A stretch of DNA of 64,000 nt from a virus (Duplodnaviria > Caudoviricetes). The notes beneath the pieces were generated by a model that was not told the origin of the DNA, did not search any database, and saw nothing but the letters and a program-made list of their open reading frames with translations. Location of the stretch: positions 1,093-65,092 of the IMG/VR virus record IMGVR_UViG_3300032086_001156, one strand, 5' to 3'. The position numbers were made by a program, and so were the translations under genes. Below, piece by piece: positions 39,552-48,156 of this stretch. Positions within the stretch are counted from its first letter, which is position 1. The number at the start of each line of letters is the position of its first letter.

Positions 39552-39740
39552 AATTTTCTCCTTTTTAAAAGCAAGTTAATTTATATTCCTAACCCCTACT
39601 GGGCATTAGGTGTAGAGAACCGAGCTCTTTTGAAGACTTGGGGTCACTTGATGTCGGCGTTGCCCAATCCAAGTTCCAAATCCGAGCTCTTTTGAAGTTC
39701 TCGTACTATATTATATATGGTCTTTTATAAAAAAATCAAG
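39552..39740 (-). promoter_or_regulatory. hsp20 promoter and structured 5' UTR (ROSE-like)
   Basis: Overlapping sigma70-like (TTGATT-N18-TATAAT) and sigma32-like (CTTGAT-N14-CCATAT) boxes; hairpins; TTGCT shortly upstream of the AGGAG SD. Confidence 0.6.
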
Positions 39741-39758
39741 AGGTTTTTTGAAAAAAAC

Positions 39759-39869
39759 CTAATAAATTTCTCTGATTACATTCTGTAATCTACCACATTT
39801 CATAAGTTCGTGTAGTTTGTTGGCCTGTCTCTTTATGTATGAGGCAGACAATGATGCAAATTTACGCAT
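39759..39869 (-). CDS. small protein (36 aa)
   Basis: SD AGGAG; manual translation MRKFASLSASYIKRQANKLHELMKCGRLQNVIREIY. Confidence 0.6.
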   Translation of the reverse strand: MRKFASLSASYIKRQANKLHELMKCGRLQNVIREIY

Positions 39870-39982
39870 TGTTATCTCCTATTGATGTCTGAAACTATCT
39901 GACAACTGGACTTCGATTTCTCTACTTACTCTTCGTGTCGTAATTGTTTCCGTTATGTGACAGTTGTGTGTCACAATAGTAT

Positions 39983-40198
39983 TTAGACATTCTGAATACT
40001 TTGAAGTTCACTGATTTTTCTATAAGCTTTATACTTCTGTGATTCTAACTCTCTGACTTCTCGTTTCAACAATTCAACAACGTTGTTTAGTTCTCGTATT
40101 GTTTTCTCTTGGTCAATGAGTTTTCTTCTCAGTTGTTCTTCAAATGTATTTTCGTGATTAGGATTCTGCATCTGCAAAGACAATTTTTGATTTTCCAA
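39983..40198 (-). CDS. small coiled-coil protein
   Basis: Heptad pattern; start uncertain. Confidence 0.55.
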   Translation of the reverse strand: MENQKLSLQMQNPNHENTFEEQLRRKLIDQEKTIRELNNVVELLKREVRELESQKYKAYRKISELQSIQNV

Positions 40199-40379
40199 TT
40201 TTGTTTCTTCTCACTATCTCATTCTTTACCTTCTGACGAAGTTTAGGAACTACAGGTTTGTTATATGCATCCATGAGTTCTTTATTACTTTTAGTTTTCA
40301 TGTACTCATGAACAATTGATTTCTTTTTGGTTTGACGGTCAATCTGTACCGTTGTTTTACCGAATTTCACTGGTGGCAT
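40158..40379 (-). CDS. small basic hypothetical protein
   Basis: SD GGAG and a late-promoter-like CTAAATA upstream. Confidence 0.65.
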   Translation of the reverse strand: MPPVKFGKTTVQIDRQTKKKSIVHEYMKTKSNKELMDAYNKPVVPKLRQKVKNEIVRRNKIGKSKIVFADAES

Positions 40380-40417
40380 AATTTACTCCATAATTTTTAT
40401 TATTGTATTATTTAGTG

Positions 40418-41020
40418 TTACCTTTTGTCACACCTTTTAGATGCACTATCAATAACTTCTAGATTATGATACACTACGTATGCAGTTGCCATCATTGGGA
40501 ACACAAGGTCTACGTTTCTAAGAACATCTTCTTTTTCTAAGAACCATACGGGTGATAAGAATATTGTCTTGTGTATTAGTAATCTATCTATACGTGGTAT
40601 CTTAGGAAGTAATGGATTTGCCTCATACACACAATCGTAATCCAATCCTCTTTGTGTTGTCCAAATGTCTGCAAGGTGCAATGTATAAAACATTGCCATC
40701 GTTGTTTTAGATGGTGGTTCCCTTAGATTCCATTGGAGTGAAGATACGTACTTTCTCTGATTTTCCCTTAACGAGAATTCTGTCGACTTCAGAAAATGCT
40801 CTTGATGAACACTGTCTATAAGTGTCTTCCGATAACAACACGTCCACCCCATCATAATTTCTTGTTTGTCCCTCGAGTCTAGCTCCAAGGTTGACGGCAT
40901 CTCCAATGACGGAATAGTCAAATCTAAGTTCTGACCCCATGTTTCCGACAATACAGGTTCCTGTGGAAATGCCGATGCCGACATTAATAGGAGGAAGATT
41001 GAGAGGAGATAATTCTTCAT
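40418..41020 (-). CDS. putative exported/membrane protein overlapping the cyclase gene
   Basis: Signal peptide MKNYLLSIFLLLMSASA; C-terminal LADIWTT..G.....EANPLL domain. Confidence 0.55.
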   Translation of the reverse strand: MKNYLLSIFLLLMSASAFPQEPVLSETWGQNLDLTIPSLEMPSTLELDSRDKQEIMMGWTCCYRKTLIDSVHQEHFLKSTEFSLRENQRKYVSSLQWNLREPPSKTTMAMFYTLHLADIWTTQRGLDYDCVYEANPLLPKIPRIDRLLIHKTIFLSPVWFLEKEDVLRNVDLVFPMMATAYVVYHNLEVIDSASKRCDKR

Positions 41021-42569
41021 TGAGTTTTTTGGTTGCTTCTAATATTTCTAGTGATGACTTAACTGCTAATTCAGCATGGTCGGGACAATCCAGTGGTGCA
41101 TTCCAAAAACTCATAATACAATCACCCATGTATTTGTCTATAGTACCCTTATTATTTAGGATTATCTTCGTCTGCATATCAAGAAACTTATTGACTAATT
41201 CAACTAATCCTTCGGGGTCATCATTGTTCTTGTAGTGTTCACTGATTGGAGTGAATCCACAGATGTCCATGAACATGAATGTCATCTCTTTTCTCTCTCC
41301 ACCTAACTTCAATTTCGATGGGTCTTCTGCAAGTTGGTCAACCATATCGGGTGATAAATACTTTTGGAACTGCTTCTTAATTTGTTCTTTGAGTTGATAA
41401 GTTGTATAGTATTTGTTGAAAGATGCATGTCCAAAAACTATCAAGGAGGCTACCGATGAAAAAAAGGTATCGAAAAGAACGTAACTTGAAGTCCATAACC
41501 AATATCCCCCATACCCCTGAAGACCTACTATTCCTAAAGAGACTAGAGCCGCAAGAGTTGTGGGAACATTGTAGACCACTAGAAGAGTCACTAGAAGGAC
41601 TGACACCAAAAGAACAATTTCTAAGAATTCAAGATAGTAGGATTGTTGTATTTGAACTCCTGTCAAAACGGTTTGAAGGAGAGAGGCTTGAACTTCGTGG
41701 GGATACATTACACCCACTGGGGTTGAAACTGGATTATTCAAACCCTCTGCAGTCAGACCATAGATTAGAATCTTATTCTGAATATCTGAATTAGGTAAAT
41801 CTGCAAAAGAGATTGAAGGGAAATGATTCCAATATGATATCATTACATCTGCAGTGGATGTTGTCTCAATAGGTTTCTCTCTACCCATTCTAATCCACTC
41901 TATACCTGTCTCGGGTGTAACCCTAGTTTGGTAGTTGGGTTGGTCATAAAATGCTCTGAGAGTCTCTAAAACTACACTCGGATACACTACGTCATTTGCA
42001 GTAACTAAGAGTGGTGCAGAACGTACCGTACCGTCAAAATTGGGCGTCCCTGAGACTGATGGAGTTGCAACCGTAACCCCGACCCCATATGTGTTATTCA
42101 TCAGCGTATCGACAGGATTTAAAATTCCATCGTAATTCCATGCATGAAGTGTAATATCTCCACCACCAAATACACTTGTTCTAACATATGGTGCAGAACC
42201 TGTATCCTTTTGTGTCGTGGGTGCAGCTCCTAAAATTGATAAACGATTTACTAATCCATCTGCAAATACTTCATCACCACCAAACCTGTCGGGTTCTGAA
42301 AAAATAATTGAAAAAACATGAGTGTTAGTGTGATGAGTGTCCCATAGTGTATCACCATAAACATCTCTAGGGAATGGATACTGTCCGTACTTGTCTATAG
42401 ATTTCTCATCTATATTGACTAGAACAATATCGTCTACGTGTATTTCTTCGTGTTGTTGATGTAGAAAATCAAACCATGACCACTGTATATTCTCTACGAT
42501 ATAGGGATTCCATATTTTAACACCGACTAATAATCCTATCGTTATTAAGACGGTTTTCCAACTATACAT
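40707..42569 (-). CDS. CHASE2-domain class III adenylate cyclase
   Basis: IVLVNIDEKS..KYGQYPFPR (CHASE2), three TM helices, FMDICGFT, DKYMGDCIM, DYSVIGDAVNLGARLE. Confidence 0.93.
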   Translation of the reverse strand: MYSWKTVLITIGLLVGVKIWNPYIVENIQWSWFDFLHQQHEEIHVDDIVLVNIDEKSIDKYGQYPFPRDVYGDTLWDTHHTNTHVFSIIFSEPDRFGGDEVFADGLVNRLSILGAAPTTQKDTGSAPYVRTSVFGGGDITLHAWNYDGILNPVDTLMNNTYGVGVTVATPSVSGTPNFDGTVRSAPLLVTANDVVYPSVVLETLRAFYDQPNYQTRVTPETGIEWIRMGREKPIETTSTADVMISYWNHFPSISFADLPNSDIQNKILIYGLTAEGLNNPVSTPVGVMYPHEVQASLLQTVLTGVQIQQSYYLEFLEIVLLVSVLLVTLLVVYNVPTTLAALVSLGIVGLQGYGGYWLWTSSYVLFDTFFSSVASLIVFGHASFNKYYTTYQLKEQIKKQFQKYLSPDMVDQLAEDPSKLKLGGERKEMTFMFMDICGFTPISEHYKNNDDPEGLVELVNKFLDMQTKIILNNKGTIDKYMGDCIMSFWNAPLDCPDHAELAVKSSLEILEATKKLNEELSPLNLPPINVGIGISTGTCIVGNMGSELRFDYSVIGDAVNLGARLEGQTRNYDGVDVLLSEDTYRQCSSRAFSEVDRILVKGKSEKVRIFTPMESKGTTI

Positions 42570-42817
42570 TATGAGAATTTTTTCTGAATCTTTTTAAACA
42601 TGTAGTAAATAGAGAGACCATAGAGTGCAAGAACAGTCATAGTAAAACCTATGTAAACTAGTTCTATTGGTGTAAGGAAGAGAACCTGCCATACAAAATC
42701 AGATGCAGCTTCTACATCACCCATTTCCATCGATGCAAGTTCATCATCCCACTCTCCATCTTCTCCATGTAGAGGTTGTGGACAATTCTGTATCTCTTGC
42801 ATATGTGAACCACTCAT
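42569..42817 (-). CDS. small membrane protein
   Basis: C-terminal TM helices; coupled to iscU and the cyclase gene. Confidence 0.6.
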   Translation of the reverse strand: MSGSHMQEIQNCPQPLHGEDGEWDDELASMEMGDVEAASDFVWQVLFLTPIELVYIGFTMTVLALYGLSIYYMFKKIQKKFS

Positions 42818-43263
42818 TCTATAAAGTCTTCTCTTGAGAGAGGTGGGTTATTGTGTCCTATCTTAGAACTCTTCTTGTCTTCGTAATTAATCATTGCTTT
42901 TCTTATTGCATCTTCAGCTAAGACACTACAGTGTAATTTGATTGGTGGTAAGTCTAATGCATCTGCAATATCTTTATCTTTGATAAGTTTTGCTTCTTCA
43001 ACAGTCTTACCCATCATCATATCTACGAACATAGATGAACTTGCAATTGCACTTCCACAACCATATGTTTTGAATTTTACATCGATGATTCTTTCATCGT
43101 CATCTAGTAATAGTTGAAGTTGCATAACATCACCACATGCTGGAGCTCCTGCGAGTCCTGTTGCAACTTTGGGGTCGTTTTGGTCTAGTCTACCAACTGA
43201 ATGTTTCTTGGGATTTGCTAGAACTGCTTCGAATCTTTTTACTACTTCTTCTGAATATGCCAT
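42814..43263 (-). CDS. iscU: Fe-S cluster scaffold protein
   Basis: GAPACGDVM, FKTYGCGSAIAS, LPPIKLHC. Confidence 0.95.
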   Translation of the reverse strand: MAYSEEVVKRFEAVLANPKKHSVGRLDQNDPKVATGLAGAPACGDVMQLQLLLDDDERIIDVKFKTYGCGSAIASSSMFVDMMMGKTVEEAKLIKDKDIADALDLPPIKLHCSVLAEDAIRKAMINYEDKKSSKIGHNNPPLSREDFIE

Positions 43264-43332
43264 ACATCTATTTAGACATACACATCAACATATTTTCCAA
43301 CGTACATAAGAGGATAACCGTATCTTCTATAT

Positions 43333-44049
43333 CTATTCCTGTGTAACTGATACACTACACCCTCCGACTGTAACACAAGTTTGAGATAACGTATAAGATT
43401 GTGCTGTAGTACCTTGTTGTAAAAGATTAAGTGTAGTTGGGTCACTTCCTGATAATGTAATGTTTGCTGTGTGTGTTGCCCAAGCTCCTTTCTGTCGTAG
43501 TGTGATATCATTACCATCACTATTTGTTGTTAGGTTAATTGTCTTTGCACCATCGTGTTGTTGTCTTACCCAAATGTCATTACTATCACTCATAATAAGA
43601 CTTGTGAATGTGTGACCACTGGTGCTTCCTTGATTTGTTTGATGTCCTTGTAAATGATTATAGTCTCCGTGTACGTCTAATCTTGTATAGTGTCCACCAC
43701 CTTCGACACCGTCATATGAATATGATTCAGATGTTGCACCTGCCCATGCAACACCCTGGCCCCAACGTATGATGTTGTCTTGACCATCTAAGTGCCAAAG
43801 TTCTATTTTGTTTTCTGTACCTGAATGGTTTTCTTGAATGAGTGTAAGTTCACCACTTGGTAAATTGGTATAACAGGATGTAGTGTTATAACACTGTATA
43901 GTGTTTGCATATCCTATTTGAGTAATATTAATTTCGATATCATTTCCTGTAATACTTGGAATGACTATCTCGTTATCTTCGGCTATAGTAATCATGGGGA
44001 TGATTAACATCCCCACAAATACCGTTTTCATTTTAGTTAAAATATCCAT
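43333..44049 (-). CDS. secreted curlin-like (CsgA/CsgB-like) protein
   Basis: Signal peptide and repeated N-x-I-x-I-x-Q-x-G units; located in the csgFG cluster. Confidence 0.65.
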   Translation of the reverse strand: MDILTKMKTVFVGMLIIPMITIAEDNEIVIPSITGNDIEINITQIGYANTIQCYNTTSCYTNLPSGELTLIQENHSGTENKIELWHLDGQDNIIRWGQGVAWAGATSESYSYDGVEGGGHYTRLDVHGDYNHLQGHQTNQGSTSGHTFTSLIMSDSNDIWVRQQHDGAKTINLTTNSDGNDITLRQKGAWATHTANITLSGSDPTTLNLLQQGTTAQSYTLSQTCVTVGGCSVSVTQE

Positions 44050-44177
44050 TGTAATAATAATACCAAGACGACACCTTTACCAAATGCTAACCACAACATG
44101 TGATAGTCATCTAATCTTAATCCTTTTTGAAAATTCATCAAAGATTTTTCGTGCCATTCTTTTGCCTTATTTAACAT
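44037..44177 (-). CDS. small membrane protein (46 aa)
   Basis: SD AGGAG; manual translation MLNKAKEWHEK...YHMLWLAFGKGVVLVLLLQWIF. Confidence 0.65.
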   Translation of the reverse strand: MLNKAKEWHEKSLMNFQKGLRLDDYHMLWLAFGKGVVLVLLLQWIF

Positions 44178-44191
44178 ATATTCTCCTATAT

Positions 44192-45358
44192 TTAGTTAGA
44201 CTGGTTGATTATAATTTGGATACCCTGACTACCGTCACCGAACCCGATAGTACCTTGATATCCTTCAACGTAAGTCTCAACGTAACCGTTTCCACCTTGT
44301 GCAATGATTATTTCAATCACTCCGTTTACGTTTCTATAGAGATATAAATCTCCGTCTTGAACAAAAACATTATATTGTGAATCTTTATTAAATCCTAGTG
44401 TAGCACCTTGTATTTTAAAATCACCACCAGTGCTACCTTGTGTTTGTGTGTCTCCAAGTTTAATTGTAGTCCTTTCTAATTCTTCGACTACATCTAGTAA
44501 GTCTGTTAAGAAATCAACATCTAACATGTCGATATCTAGTTCACTGAACTCATCTAATTCATTAACCGATAACCCTGCGTCACCTTCTAATTCATTAAAC
44601 TCTAAAAAATCTATATCTAATAAACCTTGGTCTTGTTCCAAGTCTGCCAATGCTTCTTCTTCGACAACTTGTTGCACTTCCTCAGGGGGATTTACAATGA
44701 ACATATTGTCGATTAATGCAGTGGTAATATTATTTATAACCACACTTCTAGTTGGAGGTGTCTCAACTGTTGCAACCATTGTTGCTTCGAAAGCTTTATT
44801 GAGTGTTATTGTCCCACCTTCGTTAGATACATCTATCTCTCCTGAAGGTGTTATACCATCTTCATCGGGTAAAAGTATAACAAGTGTTCTACCCAATTCA
44901 TCGATTGTTGTTGAAAAATTTGTGCCTCGAATCGCAATCTGTGCTGTAGGTGTAGATACATTTATATTTGATTTACGTATTCTACTTCCAGTTCCTGATG
45001 CAAATCGAGCTGTACCCTGAACCATACTGATTGACATTTTTGATAACGATGGGTCGGGGTCATAGTATGCTTCATCGATATACACTATGGAGTGTTCAGT
45101 AAGTGCAAGTTCTTCTTCGTCTAAGAACTCTATCAACATCCTACCATTTCCAGTACGTGCTTCATCGTACAGGACTACATCGTATCCTTCTTCTATTTCT
45201 TGTGGATTGTCTTCGCGTAGGAGTGTTGCAACACCCGTCAATTCTTTTACGTCACCAATGGGATTACTAAGAGCAATCCCACTGAATAACAATAAATTAA
45301 GAATCGTTAGCTGAATCTTTTTGATTGATTTGAATGATTGCATTTTCACTTGTAACAT
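44192..45358 (-). CDS. FecR-domain periplasmic protein with acidic linker
   Basis: IGDV..LTG, RTGNGR..IEFLD, GTARFASG, VSTPTAQIAIRGT.F; start uncertain. Confidence 0.85.
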   Translation of the reverse strand: MLQVKMQSFKSIKKIQLTILNLLLFSGIALSNPIGDVKELTGVATLLREDNPQEIEEGYDVVLYDEARTGNGRMLIEFLDEEELALTEHSIVYIDEAYYDPDPSLSKMSISMVQGTARFASGTGSRIRKSNINVSTPTAQIAIRGTNFSTTIDELGRTLVILLPDEDGITPSGEIDVSNEGGTITLNKAFEATMVATVETPPTRSVVINNITTALIDNMFIVNPPEEVQQVVEEEALADLEQDQGLLDIDFLEFNELEGDAGLSVNELDEFSELDIDMLDVDFLTDLLDVVEELERTTIKLGDTQTQGSTGGDFKIQGATLGFNKDSQYNVFVQDGDLYLYRNVNGVIEIIIAQGGNGYVETYVEGYQGTIGFGDGSQGIQIIINQSN

Positions 45359-46037
45359 CTAGTGTTATAATACTAGTAGGTGATACACACCCAGTTGCAC
45401 CACTCGGACATGTTCCAGTTAACTGGTTTATGTCTATGTCTGCACTGTCACCAGTCAAATCGACTGTTAATGAAGAGTCACTAGCATCATTTTGCAAAGT
45501 GTTAATGTTGTTACTGTCACCAGTAATTTCCCAATTCCATGTTAAGTTATCTGCTTCCCAATCAATATCAAATACGTTTGAACTACCTATTAATATTAAG
45601 TCTGCATTTAATGATTCTGCACTCGATACACTACCTTGGTCTAAATCAAAAGTATTACTACCACCTGTTACATCAAAGTTTATGTTCGAAGAATCTGCAC
45701 TACCTATGTCACCGATTTTCCAGTCTACTACGTTAGAGTCACCTGTAAAGTCTAACTTGTAATATGAACTGTCTGCAGTAACAGGCCCGAATAGGACGTT
45801 ATTGTTACCGTTAAAATCTAAATCAAACTCTAAAGTTGCACCAGTAATTGCCATTGCAGCAGATACACTACCTGAAGAACCATTGTCTCCACCGATTTTG
45901 TTACCAAAACCGATTTGGTCAATATAAAGTTTCAATGTATCACCAGTTTGTGTGATTTTAATTTCGTTATCATCAGTGGCTTGTGCGAAAACAAATGCTG
46001 TCGACATTAATAATATTAAACTAATTAGTTTATTCAT
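45297..46037 (-). CDS. secreted curlin-like (CsgA/CsgB-like) protein
   Basis: Signal peptide; DNEIKITQTG..L.IDQIGFGN and repeated G(D/S)SN beta-solenoid units; directly after csgG. Confidence 0.7.
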   Translation of the reverse strand: MNKLISLILLMSTAFVFAQATDDNEIKITQTGDTLKLYIDQIGFGNKIGGDNGSSGSVSAAMAITGATLEFDLDFNGNNNVLFGPVTADSSYYKLDFTGDSNVVDWKIGDIGSADSSNINFDVTGGSNTFDLDQGSVSSAESLNADLILIGSSNVFDIDWEADNLTWNWEITGDSNNINTLQNDASDSSLTVDLTGDSADIDINQLTGTCPSGATGCVSPTSIITLDVTSENAIIQINQKDSANDS

Positions 46038-47046
46038 TTTCGTTTACCTCTTTTGTAGGATGTTTATCGTTTGTTCCATCATTTTGATGGGGGTGACGAT
46101 GACCATCCTCTATTACCCAAAAACCTCTATCGTGTCCTTGGTATATTAATTCCAACACTGCAGCTTCAATAGCTGTTCGTGTCGCGTATGTCACTGATTC
46201 ATTATTTCCCACGCCGTCCTCATATTCAACAAGTTGTGTTCCCTGTTCGATGAATCGAAAGATGTCACCTGAAGAACCGTAAGATAAAACACTCTTACGT
46301 GTTTGGACGTTTAATAATACTTCACCTGTAAGAACAGATACTGCTCTCATACTTACTGTTACAACATCTTTACGATACTGTTTTGCATATCCTATGCCAA
46401 GTGTTCTTGCGCCACGACCACCTGTCAAAAGATTTGTATCATAACCAATGACACCACCTTCAATTATTATTCCTGCGAATAATAAGGGTTGTACACCCTT
46501 TGCTGTAGTGTCTGTTGCCTTTGCATAATCTTGTCTTGCAGAACGAATGATTTGTCTCTCTCTTACGAGATTGTCTATACCATTTCTTTCTACAACACGA
46601 AACCATGTTCCACCACCTGCTGTCTTGAATGCATCTATAACCATTTCAGTTGCACCCTGTGTGACTGCAGTTGAGAAGTCGGCAATACCTTCTCTTGCTT
46701 TTCTTTGACCAGTCTTGTCTAAAAAATTATATACTGCAATGACTGGTTGTTCTTTTGCTGGTGGAAGTTCTAAAAGTTCTATGTACGATGGTAGTCTTAC
46801 TACTTCAGGATTATCGACACAAATATATTTTCGTGCAATCCTTTTTTTATACTCATTATGACCTTGTTTGACTACAGTCAACAAATCGTCATTGACATCA
46901 CCATCATTATCAAAATCTTCATCCCAACCTTGTGCATACTTACCAGCTATGTCATTACAATCTTGGGGGTTATCACTCCATTGAGGAAATGATGCGCACC
47001 CCGTCATTATACTGACACCTAGTAATAGATGCAAATATCGTACCAT
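46030..47046 (-). CDS. csgG: curli secretion channel lipoprotein
   Basis: Lipobox MTGC; AVYNFLDKTGQRK, FSTAVTQG, WFRVVER.G..NL.RERQIIR, EGGVIGYDTN. Confidence 0.95.
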   Translation of the reverse strand: MVRYLHLLLGVSIMTGCASFPQWSDNPQDCNDIAGKYAQGWDEDFDNDGDVNDDLLTVVKQGHNEYKKRIARKYICVDNPEVVRLPSYIELLELPPAKEQPVIAVYNFLDKTGQRKAREGIADFSTAVTQGATEMVIDAFKTAGGGTWFRVVERNGIDNLVRERQIIRSARQDYAKATDTTAKGVQPLLFAGIIIEGGVIGYDTNLLTGGRGARTLGIGYAKQYRKDVVTVSMRAVSVLTGEVLLNVQTRKSVLSYGSSGDIFRFIEQGTQLVEYEDGVGNNESVTYATRTAIEAAVLELIYQGHDRGFWVIEDGHRHPHQNDGTNDKHPTKEVNENE

Positions 47047-47047
47047 T

Positions 47048-47527
47048 TTAACCACCATCAGGGTCTTGACCAAAGTTACCTGTTCCTACTGGAATGGTAA
47101 CTACTGTTTCTGAACCGTCCTCTGCCACTATAGTTAATTGTATAAATTCTGTACCTGATTCATCTACAATGACTTCCCATGTGATAGTGTTTCCTTCAAG
47201 TACGAATGACCCAAATCCTGCTGGGTTGTCGTTAGAAAACATAGACTCTACTAATTGTTTTGCAAACTGTGAGTAGATTCTTGATTCTAAGTTTCTGATA
47301 AATTTTGCAAGCGTTGAGTTCTCTGCTTCTCTTTCTGCAGCTTTACGTGCTGACTCCAAAGCATCCTCTATTGCTTTCTTCCGTGAATGCTCTTGGTTCT
47401 CAATTGTGAGATAATGAGCTCCAGTACCTACCCCACTGAAACTGGGGTTCTTGAATTTTTGTACTATATCTGAACTTGCACCTGTACTGAATGCAAGAAG
47501 TCCACTAATTAGAAATAGTTTTTTCAT
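47048..47527 (-). CDS. csgF: curli assembly protein
   Basis: Signal peptide then FKNPSFSG, F..NLESRIYSQ, DGSETVVTIP. Confidence 0.88.
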   Translation of the reverse strand: MKKLFLISGLLAFSTGASSDIVQKFKNPSFSGVGTGAHYLTIENQEHSRKKAIEDALESARKAAEREAENSTLAKFIRNLESRIYSQFAKQLVESMFSNDNPAGFGSFVLEGNTITWEVIVDESGTEFIQLTIVAEDGSETVVTIPVGTGNFGQDPDGG

Positions 47528-47792
47528 TGGTTTTACCTTTTCCCTTTTTCTTTTCATTTTCTTTATACTCTAATACTACATCAACTTTTGTTTTCAGTCT
47601 TATAAGGTCTTGGTCTAACATCCTTGTTTGGTCGATTACACGAATCAATGCCATATGCATTTCTTCAATTTCGGGTTCTATGTGTTCACCAATGAACCAC
47701 CACACATAATATATAAAGTAACCTAACCCAACTGCCATGACAATCGGAAAACCATACTGTGATATAAGTTCGACTATGTTTAATTCTTCCAC
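47505..47792 (-). CDS. single-TM coiled-coil protein (GFPI motif)
   Basis: ELISQYGFPI + TM + coiled coil; paralogous to the next gene. Confidence 0.7.
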   Translation of the reverse strand: MEELNIVELISQYGFPIVMAVGLGYFIYYVWWFIGEHIEPEIEEMHMALIRVIDQTRMLDQDLIRLKTKVDVVLEYKENEKKKGKGKTNEKTISN

Positions 47793-48088
47793 TAGTCTCT
47801 CCTTACATCTAGTTTCCCATCTTCTATGAAGTTCTCTGCACGTGCAACCCTTTCAATATCGGGTCTCAGTTGAAGAGCTGATGAGACTAACATGTCTATC
47901 TTTGTCATCTCGTTGGACATCGTTCTTGCACGATTCTCTAGAGATTTACAAAACATTGTTAGTGTTTTTATTTGGTCTACGATTCCTTGTAGAATCTGTT
48001 TGATGATAACGAATATGAACACTCCCATAACAATTCCACCTGCTATAGGAAATCCCAATTCACTTATCAATTCAAACATAAAGTCCAT
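47792..48088 (-). CDS. single-TM coiled-coil protein (GFPI motif)
   Basis: ELISELGFPI + TM + coiled coil; start trimmed to MDFMFEL after the late promoter. Confidence 0.7.
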   Translation of the reverse strand: MDFMFELISELGFPIAGGIVMGVFIFVIIKQILQGIVDQIKTLTMFCKSLENRARTMSNEMTKIDMLVSSALQLRPDIERVARAENFIEDGKLDVRRD

Positions 48089-48093
48089 ACTGT

Positions 48094-48101
48094 TATTTAT
48101 A
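48094..48101 (-). promoter_or_regulatory. T4-type late (gp55) promoter heading the curli cluster
   Basis: Exact TATAAATA; other exact copies at 36232, 50829 and 60127. Confidence 0.75.
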
Positions 48102-48122
48102 ATAATATCCGTTTCTTCAAAG

Positions 48123-48156
48123 TAAAAAAAAAGGGACTCATAATGAGTCCCTTTAT
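48123..48156 (-). terminator. intrinsic terminator
   Basis: AAAGGGACTCA-TTA-TGAGTCCCTTT running into a T tract. Confidence 0.85.

Noticed and set aside
39620-39697. Direct repeats as a mini-CRISPR array
   Set aside because: Only two 16-nt copies and no cas genes; better explained as a structured leader.
39956-39975. TGTGA...TCACA as a CRP/cAMP site linked to the cyclase
   Set aside because: The spacer is 10 nt rather than the 6 nt CRP requires.
43272-43520. 82-aa minus-strand ORF overlapping the curlin-like gene
   Set aside because: Alternate-frame ORF with no SD or recognisable motif.
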